From: Clostridia bacterium
Lineage (GTDB): Bacteria; Bacillota; Clostridia; RGIG6154
DNA length: 64,000 nucleotides
Assembly (NCBI GenBank): GCA_045589295.1
Contig: JAZNOU010000002.1
Location: 17,283-81,282, forward strand
Reading direction: 5' to 3'
Position 1 is the first letter of the stretch. Each line of letters begins with the position of its first letter. Below the pieces are notes generated by a model. It was not told where the DNA came from. It was given only the letters and a program-made list of their open reading frames with translations, and ran no database searches. Shown here in pieces: positions 15,760 through 26,397 of this stretch. The position numbers and the translations under genes were made by a program.

Positions 15760-16533
15760 TTATTTATAATCTATTCTTAATTGAGAATTATTTTCAAAAG
15801 GGCTGACAATATGATTGTTTGTCAAGATACCGCTTCCTGCAAATGATAGCCATGAATGGTCGCTAACAATAATCGAGTCAAGCAAAAACTTTCTGACATT
15901 TAGAAGAGCCTCTAACAAAAGGCGAGTGTTTTCAACATCAAATGGTGAAGGATTTGTTTCGCCAGATGGGTGGTTGTGACCTAAAACAACGTAATAAGCT
16001 TTATATAAAACGGCGGATGCAACAATTTTTTCAACATAGATGCCTGTTGAGTCAACACCGCCTTCTGAAAGCATTTCATATTTGATAAGCTTTTTAGATT
16101 TGTCAAGATAGAGTGCATAGGCAGTTTCATATTTGCTGCCGAGGCAAAGTGACTGAAAAAACTCGGCGAGTTCATTTATACTTTCAAAGCTGTGTTTGGG
16201 AGTAAGATTGTTCAAAAGATAACGTTTGGTAACCGCTAGGTATGACGATAAGTGAAGTGCGGTAACCTTACCAATACCTTCTATTTGCATAAGTTCGTGA
16301 GGTGATGCCTCCAAAACTTTGTTTAATGAGCCAAATTTGTTTATAAGGCTGTGAGCGATTGGGTTGGTGTCAACCTGAGGTATGCTCTGAAATAAAATAA
16401 ATTCCAAAAGCTGATGGTCGAGCAAAGAGTCAAACGAAGTATTTGACAAAAGTTTATCACGCACGCGGGTTCTGTGACCAACGTGAACATTTGATTTTGT
16501 TAGCTTGTTGTTTTTTGTACTCAAACCTCTCAC
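15760..16533 (-). CDS. radC: RadC-family JAB/MPN-domain protein
   Basis: Helix-hairpin-helix ELMQIEGIGKVTALHL is present, with the C-terminal JAMM motif VVLGHNHPSGETNPSPFD. The start codon is uncertain (GTG at 16533 or in-frame TTG at 16524). Confidence 0.8.
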   Translation of the reverse strand: MRGLSTKNNKLTKSNVHVGHRTRVRDKLLSNTSFDSLLDHQLLEFILFQSIPQVDTNPIAHSLINKFGSLNKVLEASPHELMQIEGIGKVTALHLSSYLAVTKRYLLNNLTPKHSFESINELAEFFQSLCLGSKYETAYALYLDKSKKLIKYEMLSEGGVDSTGIYVEKIVASAVLYKAYYVVLGHNHPSGETNPSPFDVENTRLLLEALLNVRKFLLDSIIVSDHSWLSFAGSGILTNNHIVSPFENNSQLRIDYK

Positions 16534-16582
16534 CTCTTTTACATGTTAGCATAACCTAAGCCGTATTTCAACACGGCTTAGG

Positions 16583-16816
16583 TTATAACAATTCTTCAAG
16601 TTTTAAGATAAACACACTCATTTTTATATCCAAAGCATTGCAAATCCTGTAAAGCGTTTCAAGTGTCGGCTTTCTCACACCGCGTTCAATGGCACTTAAA
16701 TGACTTCTGTCAATATCAGCAAGTCCGCTTAAAACTTCCTGTGAAACACCTTTCTGCTTTCTAAAAAAAGCAACTGTTAATCCCACTTTTTCAGGGTCTA
16801 ATGTAGCAATATACAT
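16583..16816 (-). CDS. XRE-family helix-turn-helix transcriptional regulator
   Basis: 77 aa. QEVLSGLADIDRSHLSAIERGVRKPTLETLYRICNAL is a classic Cro/CI HTH. Confidence 0.8.
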   Translation of the reverse strand: MYIATLDPEKVGLTVAFFRKQKGVSQEVLSGLADIDRSHLSAIERGVRKPTLETLYRICNALDIKMSVFILKLEELL

Positions 16817-16910
16817 ATTTTAACACCTCAAAAATAGTATATGCTATTTTGAAATACGTATTGATGGCATATGCACTCATTTGAATACATATGTATTTAC
16901 ATGGCATAAA

Positions 16911-16940
16911 ATAAAAACCACACCGCAAGGTGTGGTTTTT
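16911..16940 (-). terminator. Rho-independent terminator of the alaS-HIT operon
   Basis: AACCACACC / GGTGTGGTT stem flanked by an A-run and a T-run, directly downstream of the HIT gene. Confidence 0.7.
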
Positions 16941-16942
16941 AA

Positions 16943-19934
<2,992 letters not shown>

Positions 19935-19966
19935 CGTTTCATCTCCATAATTACATACTTATAATA

Positions 19967-19996
19967 AATTATATCATCGTTTAGAACAAATGTCAA
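19967..19996 (-). promoter_or_regulatory. SigA-type promoter of alaS
   Basis: On the minus strand: TTGACA (19996-19991), 18-nt spacer, TATAAT (19972-19967). The leader is only ~30 nt. Confidence 0.55.
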
Positions 19997-20015
19997 AATA
20001 TTTTAAGTAAAGGTA

Positions 20016-20044
20016 TTGATTTTTTTTATGTTATAGTGTATACT
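20016..20044 (+). promoter_or_regulatory. SigA-type promoter driving the tRNA-Glu-like module plus tRNA-Glu
   Basis: TTGATT (20016-20021), 17-nt spacer, TATACT (20039-20044). Confidence 0.5.
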
Positions 20045-20097
20045 GAATGACGTAGAATTTGCGTGTTTAAATTCATATCAATTATGCATCATTCGTT

Positions 20098-20290
20098 ATA
20101 AGGCTCTATCGTCTAATGGTTAGGACTTTGGCCCCAAAAGGCTGGAATAGGGGTGTCCGCGTAGCGACCGCTGCCTGTGGCAGAAAAAGGGAGCACGCAA
20201 GGACTGTGCAGTAACACAATGAATTGAGCCAAAGTTTGGCGAAAATGAATTGATGTTACAAACGGGTAGAATTCTGGATTCGAACCCATA
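20098..20290 (+). ncRNA. tRNA-Glu-derived module: an exact copy of the tRNA-Glu 5' part with an altered anticodon arm, a ~124-nt insert inside the T-loop, and no acceptor 3' strand
   Basis: 20098-20126 is identical to 20302-20330 (acceptor 5' strand and D-arm). 20138-20154 is identical to 20342-20358 (anticodon 3' stem, variable loop, T-stem 5' strand). The insert is 20155-20278, followed by a TTCGAACCC remnant at 20279-20287. The conserved core is 20165-20193. Confidence 0.4.
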
Positions 20291-20305
20291 AAAAATTAAA
20301 TATAA

Positions 20306-20380
20306 GGCTCTATCGTCTAATGGTTAGGACACAGCCCTCTCAAGGCTGGAATAGGGGTTCGAATCCCCTTAGAGTCACCA
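20306..20380 (+). tRNA. tRNA-Glu (anticodon CUC)
   Basis: Acceptor GGCTCTA/TAGAGTC, anticodon arm CAGCC-CTCTCAA-GGCTG, T-arm AGGGG-TTCGAAT-CCCCT, and CCA. Overall it resembles Bacillus tRNA-Glu. Confidence 0.85.
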
Positions 20381-20414
20381 AAAAAACAGATGCCAAACGG
20401 CATCTGTTTTTTTG
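20381..20414 (+). terminator. Rho-independent terminator after tRNA-Glu
   Basis: ACAGATGCC / GGCATCTGT stem followed by TTTTTTT. Confidence 0.75.
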
Positions 20415-20502
20415 ACAGGGGGTATAATACTGAAGGGCATTTTGCGTAAAATAAAAGTTGCCGGATTAGTGTAATTTGCAAGAAAAAATTAGAGTGTACT
20501 TA

Positions 20503-20531
20503 TTGCATTAGAGTTGATTTTGTGGTAAAAT
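20503..20531 (+). promoter_or_regulatory. Candidate promoter of the Na/Pi cotransporter gene
   Basis: TTGCAT (20503-20508), 17-nt spacer ending in TGG, TAAAAT (20526-20531). Confidence 0.4.
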
Positions 20532-20576
20532 AGTATATGATGGTGAAATTTCGAACAAATAAAAGGAGTGCAGGAT

Positions 20577-22262
20577 ATGTTGTCATCTCAGGAAGTTATG
20601 CAATTAATTCAGAGCCTTATTTGGCTTCTTGCAGGTGTGGGAATTTTTATTGTTGGTATGAATTTTATGGGCGATGCTCTTGAAAAAAGTGCAGGTATAG
20701 GACTAAAACGATTGCTTGAAAAAATAAGTAACAATAGGCTTTCAGGTGTTGGTATTGGTGCAGGTGTTACAGCTATTATCCAAAGCTCGTCTGCAACATC
20801 GGTTATGGTTATCGGTCTTGTTAATGCAGGTGTTATGACACTTATGCAGGCAACACCAATTATTATGGGTGCAAATATAGGAACAACAATTACAGGTGTT
20901 TTAGTTGCTCTTAAAAATGACTATTTTGATATGGCAATGTACCTTCTTGCTTTTGTGGGCGTAATGATGGGATTTGCTCAAAAGGAAAAGACAAAAATTG
21001 CAGGAAATCTTTGCTGTGGACTAGGTTTAATTTTTGTTGGACTTAATATTATGAGCAGCGAACAGGCATTTGGAAATCCCTTGGTTGAAAATATGTTTAC
21101 TACTATTTTCAGTTTCATCAATTTTCCACTGCTTTTAATTTTAGTTGGTGTAATTTTTACTGCTTTGATACAGAGTTCTTCGGCAGCTACGGGTGTTGTT
21201 ATCACTATGGTTGGTTCGGGAATTCTTCCTTTGGATCTTGCATTGTTCATAGTGCTTGGTGCCAACATTGGTACATGTGTAACAGCACTTCTTGCATCGG
21301 TTGGTGCAAATGCAAATTCAAAAAGAGTTGCCCTCATACACTTTACATTCAACGTAATCGGTACAGCGGCGTTTGCGGCAATAATTTGGATTTTCAGAGA
21401 GCCAGTAGTAAACTTATTGGTATCTGCATTCCCTGGAGATGATGCAATGTCATTACAGATGAGAGTTTCATTGTTCCATGTTATCTTCAATGTAACAACA
21501 ACCTGTCTGTTGCTTCCGTTTGTAAAGCAGCTTGTTGATTATTCTTGCAGTGTTATTAAGGATAAAAAAGATGAAAGCGAGTCATTGACCTTAAGATATG
21601 TTGATGACAGACTTTTGTTAACACCAGCTGTTGCGCTTATGCAGGTTAAGAAAGAAGTTGAATATATGATTTCCTTGGTAGAAGAAAATACACGACTTTC
21701 TTTTAAAGCGATGGATACAGGAACTTTAGAATATAATGATGTGATTTATAAAAATGAAAAAATAATTGACTTTACAAACAGTGCTTTAACTGAATTTTTG
21801 ATTGATTTATCAGCGCATGTAGAAGGCAGTGATGAAAAAATTATTGGTTCATATTTTCACGTTTTGAATGACCTTGAGCGTATTGGTGATCACGCTGAAA
21901 ACTTCCACGAAATAGGTATTGAAATGATGAATAAAAATATTGCATTTTCAGGTCAGGCTATTGAAGGCATTAAGACAATGCGTGACAGTGTTATGAAAAT
22001 GTTTGAAATTTCAATAGATACATTTGAAACACTGCACAAGGAAAGACTTAATGATTTGTCTGAATTAGAAGAAAGTGTGGACGAAATGAAGAAAGAATTC
22101 ATTGCCGGTCACTTTACCAGACTTGCCGAGGGTAATTGCAGTGTTGAGGTAAGCCCTTACTATTCATCTGTAATAGTTGGCCTTGAAAGAATAGCGGACC
22201 ATCTTGTAAATGTCGGATATAGTATTGTTAACCCTGTTGGTTCTCAAAAGGATAATAATTAA
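20577..22262 (+). CDS. Na+/phosphate cotransporter family protein with C-terminal PhoU-like repeats
   Basis: Duplicated QSSSA(T/A) motifs (IIQSSSATSVMVIGL; LIQSSSAATGVVITM) are typical of the NptA/YjbB family. The C-terminus has two LERIGDHAEN / LERIADHLVN PhoU motifs. I prefer the ATG at 20577 (RBS GGAG at 20565-20568). Confidence 0.85.
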   Translation: MLSSQEVMQLIQSLIWLLAGVGIFIVGMNFMGDALEKSAGIGLKRLLEKISNNRLSGVGIGAGVTAIIQSSSATSVMVIGLVNAGVMTLMQATPIIMGANIGTTITGVLVALKNDYFDMAMYLLAFVGVMMGFAQKEKTKIAGNLCCGLGLIFVGLNIMSSEQAFGNPLVENMFTTIFSFINFPLLLILVGVIFTALIQSSSAATGVVITMVGSGILPLDLALFIVLGANIGTCVTALLASVGANANSKRVALIHFTFNVIGTAAFAAIIWIFREPVVNLLVSAFPGDDAMSLQMRVSLFHVIFNVTTTCLLLPFVKQLVDYSCSVIKDKKDESESLTLRYVDDRLLLTPAVALMQVKKEVEYMISLVEENTRLSFKAMDTGTLEYNDVIYKNEKIIDFTNSALTEFLIDLSAHVEGSDEKIIGSYFHVLNDLERIGDHAENFHEIGIEMMNKNIAFSGQAIEGIKTMRDSVMKMFEISIDTFETLHKERLNDLSELEESVDEMKKEFIAGHFTRLAEGNCSVEVSPYYSSVIVGLERIADHLVNVGYSIVNPVGSQKDNN

Positions 22263-22293
22263 AAAGTGTTGACAAGGTACCTAAATTTTCAAT

Positions 22294-22326
22294 AAAAAAC
22301 AGATGCCCAAAAGCATCTGTTTTTTT
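22294..22326. terminator. Bidirectional hairpin terminator
   Basis: ACAGATGC (22299-22306) / GCATCTGT (22313-22320) flanked by an A-run and a T-run, between converging genes. Confidence 0.7.
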
Positions 22327-22327
22327 A

Positions 22328-23641
22328 CTACTCGTAAATTATATTTTCAGTAAGAGCAATATTTATAATTTTGTGAGCAATATCGTCATGCGATTTTACA
22401 CGGACGGTTACATAATTGGGGGTATGTCCTTCATAAATGCCGTCTGCAACCTCTTGCTCAAACAAGACAGGGTATGTATTTCCAACGATTTTGCTCAAAA
22501 AGTCTTTCTTTGTTGCCGTGCCAACCTCAGACATTTTCTTAACTCTTTCATCTTTAACGGTTTTGTCAAGCTGACCTTCCATCAACGCAGCTTTTGTACC
22601 CTCTCTTATTGAGTAAGGAAAAACGTGTATGTGTGAAAAACCTATTGATTTTGCAAAATTAAGAGAAGTTGCAAATTCCTCTTCTGTTTCGCCAGGAAAG
22701 CCAACTATTATATCAGTTGTAATTCCTGCGTCGGGGAAAAATTTTCTAATAAGGTCAACAGCATTTTTATACTCTGTTACAGTATATCTTCTGTTCATTC
22801 TTTTTAAAACGCTGTCACATCCGCTTTGCAGCGACAAATGAAAGGACGGACAGAACTTGTTTGTATTTTTAACTCTTGTTAAAAAATCTTCAGTTATGAC
22901 AGTCGGTTCTAGTGAGCCGAGTCTTATTCTTTCTATGCTTTCCTCTTTTGCTGCACGTTCAATTACGTTGACAAGTCCATAACCGTTTTTTAAATCCTTA
23001 CCGAATGCGGCAACTTGAATACCTGTTATAACAACCTCTTTAAATCCATTTTCACCAAGTTTTTTAAGCTCAGTTGAAATTTCTTCCATATTACGGCTTC
23101 TTACAGGACCTCTTACATAAGGGATTATGCAGTATGAACAAAATCTGTCACACCCGTCCTCAATTTTAAGCATTGCACGGGTTTTGTTCTGATAGGTAGT
23201 AAGGGGCGTTTCTTCAAATTCTCTGTGACCTTTCAAATCTTCTACCATAACTACCTGCTCGTTGCTATTTATAAAAAGCTCGACCGCCTGCACAACTTTG
23301 CCTTTCATTCCCGTGCCTAAAATAACATCAGCATCCTTAAAAACCATATTTTCTTTTATAAGATATTGTGCGTAGCATCCTGCCAACACAGTAACCGCGT
23401 CAGGGTTTTGGCGTTTCGCACGACGTACTGCCTGACGTGATTTTTTATCACCTGTGCCCGTAACAGTGCAGGAATTTATAACATAAACATCGCATATTTC
23501 ATTGAAATCACAAATTTCATAACCGCACTTTATAAAGCACTCGCACATGGCTTCTGTTTCGTACTGGTTAACTCTGCATCCCAATGTAAAAAAACCGACT
23601 TTTTTCAAAATTTCAACTCCTTTATATGTAAAAAATTTCAT
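22328..23641 (-). CDS. mtaB: Radical-SAM methylthiotransferase, MtaB/MiaB-like (tRNA t6A37 methylthiotransferase type)
   Basis: The N-terminal UPF0004 domain has TLGCRVNQYE...NSCTVT. The radical-SAM motif is DGCDRFCSYCIIP. A C-terminal TRAM-like domain is present. Confidence 0.8.
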   Translation of the reverse strand: MKFFTYKGVEILKKVGFFTLGCRVNQYETEAMCECFIKCGYEICDFNEICDVYVINSCTVTGTGDKKSRQAVRRAKRQNPDAVTVLAGCYAQYLIKENMVFKDADVILGTGMKGKVVQAVELFINSNEQVVMVEDLKGHREFEETPLTTYQNKTRAMLKIEDGCDRFCSYCIIPYVRGPVRSRNMEEISTELKKLGENGFKEVVITGIQVAAFGKDLKNGYGLVNVIERAAKEESIERIRLGSLEPTVITEDFLTRVKNTNKFCPSFHLSLQSGCDSVLKRMNRRYTVTEYKNAVDLIRKFFPDAGITTDIIVGFPGETEEEFATSLNFAKSIGFSHIHVFPYSIREGTKAALMEGQLDKTVKDERVKKMSEVGTATKKDFLSKIVGNTYPVLFEQEVADGIYEGHTPNYVTVRVKSHDDIAHKIINIALTENIIYE

Positions 23642-23703
23642 AAAATAATTGACTATTTTTTCTTTTTGGTGTATGATATATACAAAAAGAGGAGGAATTA
23701 CTT

Positions 23704-23934
23704 ATGAAAAACTTTAATATTATGCTTCATTCAATTAATGATGTAAAAACATTTGTAAACTCAGTTAATAAATATGATTTTGATGTTGACCTTACATCAG
23801 GCAGATATGTTGTTGATGCAAAATCAATTATGGGTATCTTTTCGCTAGATTTGTCAAAGCCAATCAAAGTAGAGGTTTACGCAGAAGAAGTAGGCGCATT
23901 TATGGATGAAATGAAACCTTTTATTGTTGACTAA
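23704..23934 (+). CDS. HPr-family-like small protein lacking the His15 phosphorylation motif
   Basis: 76 aa. It aligns to HPr/Crh (…YDFDVDL…VVDAKSIMGIFSL…), but the GIHARPA segment is replaced by SINDVKT. Confidence 0.6.
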   Translation: MKNFNIMLHSINDVKTFVNSVNKYDFDVDLTSGRYVVDAKSIMGIFSLDLSKPIKVEVYAEEVGAFMDEMKPFIVD

Positions 23935-23947
23935 CATAAAATTTTTG

Positions 23948-23977
23948 CAGAAGCCTTTAAAAAGGCTTCTTTTTTTT
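23948..23977 (+). terminator. Rho-independent terminator
   Basis: AGAAGCCTTT / AAAGGCTTCT stem followed by a run of T residues. Confidence 0.7.
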
Positions 23978-24072
23978 TCACAAATATTTTACATATACAG
24001 TATAGCATAAAGTCACAAAATGTGCTATAATATAATTGAAAAATTTATTTATTTAAAATAAAGGAGATATAA

Positions 24073-24648
24073 ATGAAAAGTTTAGAGTTTTCTTTTGAAA
24101 ATAAAAGTGACATAAAACTTCTTATTATGTATGTTTTACTGCAGGCGAAAACTGTTGCAAAACAGGATTACTTAAACAAAAATTTCTTTTCTGATTTTAT
24201 TATGGAAAGTGTTAAAATAAGCTATTTTGATTTGCACGATACGATTTTCACTCTTGCTGAAGAGGGATATATTGTAATGTTCGTGAAAAATCATAAGGAC
24301 GTTTTAGAAATTACTCAAAAGGGATTGGAAACGGTGGGCTACTTTTTTAAATACATTCCGCTTTCAATAAGGGACAGAATTGACGAGTGCATTTATGATA
24401 AAATATTAGAGCACAAGGAAGAAGAAGCTGTTGAGGTTGATTACTGGAAAGAAAATGAAAAGTGCTACACATCAACACTCAGAATTTTTGATGACGAACA
24501 AAAAGCAATGCAGTTTACCATCTCATTTCCCGAGGCTGAACATGCCCAGAAACTAATGAAAATGTTTAAAAAAGAACCTCAGGAGTTTTACAAAAAATTT
24601 GTTGATATTTGTGCAGATGCAATAGACAGGTGTGATAATGAAGAATAA
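24073..24648 (+). CDS. Hypothetical protein, possibly a DUF4364 / winged-helix regulator family member
   Basis: 191 aa. The N-terminus ENKSDIKLLIMYVLL... and overall size resemble DUF4364 proteins as I recall them. The family assignment is unverified. Confidence 0.4.
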   Translation: MKSLEFSFENKSDIKLLIMYVLLQAKTVAKQDYLNKNFFSDFIMESVKISYFDLHDTIFTLAEEGYIVMFVKNHKDVLEITQKGLETVGYFFKYIPLSIRDRIDECIYDKILEHKEEEAVEVDYWKENEKCYTSTLRIFDDEQKAMQFTISFPEAEHAQKLMKMFKKEPQEFYKKFVDICADAIDRCDNEE

Positions 24649-25495
24649 AAAAACGCTGATTACGGTTGTCGTTTTATTCATTGTTGCTTTCATATATACA
24701 AACATTACAGATATTGCAAATAAAAATGAAAATTTTTCTGCAAAAGAAAACTTGTGCGTCAGCTTTTTGGATGTGGGGCAAGGTGATAGTTCGTTTATTG
24801 AGTTCCCAAATGGAAAATGCATGTTGATTGATGCATCAATTAAAGATGCAGGTGAAAACATAGAAGAATATATAAAGTCCCGCGGGTTTAAAAAAATTGA
24901 CTATGTTGTTGCAACCCATCCGCATTCAGACCATATAGGTGGGATGAAATACATAGCAGAAAATTTTGAAATAGGTGAAGTTTATTTAACCGAAGCGGCT
25001 ACGACCACCAAAATCTTTATTGAATTTTTAGAAACAATCAAAGAAAAAGGGGTTGCAGTAAATAAAGCCAAAAAGGGTCAAAATTTTTCTCAAGATGACG
25101 TTTTGGTAGAATTCTTGGGGCCTGTGAGTGATACTTACGAAGATTTGAATAATTGGTCTGCAGTGGTTAAGGTTACATATAAAGATACGGCATTCCTATT
25201 TACGGGAGATGTTGAACGGTTGGCAGAATATGAACTTATAAATTCAGGTCAGTCTTTAAAGGCAGATGTGTTAAAAGTTGCCCATCACGGTTCGGACTCT
25301 TCATCTTCTAATAAGTTTTTAAAAGAGGTAACCCCTTCGGTTTGTGTTATTTCTTGCGGGAAAAACAATGACTATGGACATCCGCACAAAGAAACGCTTG
25401 ACAGACTTAGAAGTGTTGGGACTGAAATTTACCGTACTGATTTAAACCAAACGGTTGTTATAACATCAGACGGGGTGGAGGTAAATGTATTATGA
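24632..25495 (+). CDS. ComEC/Rec2-related metallo-beta-lactamase-fold protein (stand-alone MBL domain with an N-terminal TM helix)
   Basis: VSFLDVGQGDSSFIEF...LIDAS, HPHSDHIGG, FTGDV and VAHHGSDSSS match the ComEC C-terminal MBL domain. Confidence 0.8.
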   Translation: MIMKNKKTLITVVVLFIVAFIYTNITDIANKNENFSAKENLCVSFLDVGQGDSSFIEFPNGKCMLIDASIKDAGENIEEYIKSRGFKKIDYVVATHPHSDHIGGMKYIAENFEIGEVYLTEAATTTKIFIEFLETIKEKGVAVNKAKKGQNFSQDDVLVEFLGPVSDTYEDLNNWSAVVKVTYKDTAFLFTGDVERLAEYELINSGQSLKADVLKVAHHGSDSSSSNKFLKEVTPSVCVISCGKNNDYGHPHKETLDRLRSVGTEIYRTDLNQTVVITSDGVEVNVL

Positions 25496-25695
25496 GTTTT
25501 ATAATTGACCGTTTTGAGGGTGAATTTGCCGTTGTTGAAGCGTTTGGCAAAACATATAACATTCCCAAAGATCTTTTACCATCAGATGCTAAAGAGGGTA
25601 GCGTAATAGAAATATCAGTAAATGAGGCTGAAACAGACAAAAGGTTTAAAGAGGCAAAATCGTTATTAAAAAGTCTCTTTAATGAAACGGAGTGA
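25492..25695 (+). CDS. DUF3006-family small protein
   Basis: 67 aa. IIDRFEGEFAVVE...IPKDLLPSDAKEGSVIEI is the DUF3006 pattern. Its start overlaps the upstream MBL gene's stop, which is the usual pairing. Confidence 0.65.
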   Translation: MSFIIDRFEGEFAVVEAFGKTYNIPKDLLPSDAKEGSVIEISVNEAETDKRFKEAKSLLKSLFNETE

Positions 25696-25700
25696 ATTAA

Positions 25701-26366
25701 ATGCAACAGCTTAACACCTCAGTACTCGGTAACAGACAAATTCCCAAAAATGTTGACGAGTTTTTTGAGGGCGCAAAAGAATTTAAAAATTTAATGATGA
25801 TGTATAACTGTGCCATTAAAGAGGTTACGACAAAATTCGATATACTTAATGACGATATGGCGGCACGTTATAAAAGAAATCCTATTGAGGTTGTAAAATC
25901 GAGGGTTAAAAATCCTGAAAGTATTGTAAAAAAGCTTATTAAAAGAAAGCTTCCGGTTACACTTAATTCAGTTTCGGAAAATCTTAATGACGTAGCTGGA
26001 GTAAGAGTTATATGCTCATTTGTTGATGATATATATAAGGTGCGTGAAATCTTTTTAAAGCAGGACGATGTAACCTTAATAGAAGAAAAGGACTATATTA
26101 AAAATCCAAAGCCAAATGGCTACAGAAGTTTTCATATGATTGTTGAAATACCCGTTTTTTTTGCAGATGAAAAAGTGCCAATTCGTGTTGAAGTGCAGTT
26201 TCGAACCATTGCAATGGACTTTTGGGCATCACTGGAACACCAGATGAAATATAAAAAAGAAATTGCAAATGAAGACGAGGTTATTCAAAAGTTAAAAGAA
26301 TGTGCAGATGTCATTGCTAAAACTGATCTTAAGATGCAGGAAATAAATGATATGATAAATAAATAA
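25701..26366 (+). CDS. relQ: Small alarmone synthetase (GTP pyrophosphokinase, RelQ/RelP type)
   Basis: RVKNPESIVKKL, DVAGVRVICSFVDDIY, GYRSFHMIVEIPV and VEVQFRTIAMDFWASLEHQMKYK are RelA/SpoT synthetase-domain motifs in a ~220-aa single-domain protein. Confidence 0.85.
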   Translation: MQQLNTSVLGNRQIPKNVDEFFEGAKEFKNLMMMYNCAIKEVTTKFDILNDDMAARYKRNPIEVVKSRVKNPESIVKKLIKRKLPVTLNSVSENLNDVAGVRVICSFVDDIYKVREIFLKQDDVTLIEEKDYIKNPKPNGYRSFHMIVEIPVFFADEKVPIRVEVQFRTIAMDFWASLEHQMKYKKEIANEDEVIQKLKECADVIAKTDLKMQEINDMINK

Positions 26367-26396
26367 AAAAGAGGATGAAAAGCATCCTCTTTTTTA
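26366..26396. terminator. Bidirectional hairpin terminator
   Basis: AGAGGATG / CATCCTCT stem flanked by an A-run and a T-run, between converging genes. Confidence 0.7.
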
Positions 26397-26397
26397 T

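Noticed and set aside
19935-20015. Possible T-box leader upstream of alaS, as often seen for aminoacyl-tRNA synthetase genes in Firmicutes
   Set aside because: Only ~80 nt separate alaS from the divergent tRNA-Glu promoter. A consensus promoter leaves a leader of about 30 nt, which is far too short for a T-box, and there is no specifier or terminator-antiterminator structure.
20218-20253. Mini-ORFs ATG-AAT-TGA (twice) inside the tRNA-Glu-linked insert and ATGCGACTATTTTGTTGA in the tRNA-Asn-linked insert, considered as possible leader peptides
   Set aside because: At two and five codons with no proper RBS spacing, they are most simply by-products of the AATGAATTGA direct repeat. They are not conserved between the two copies.
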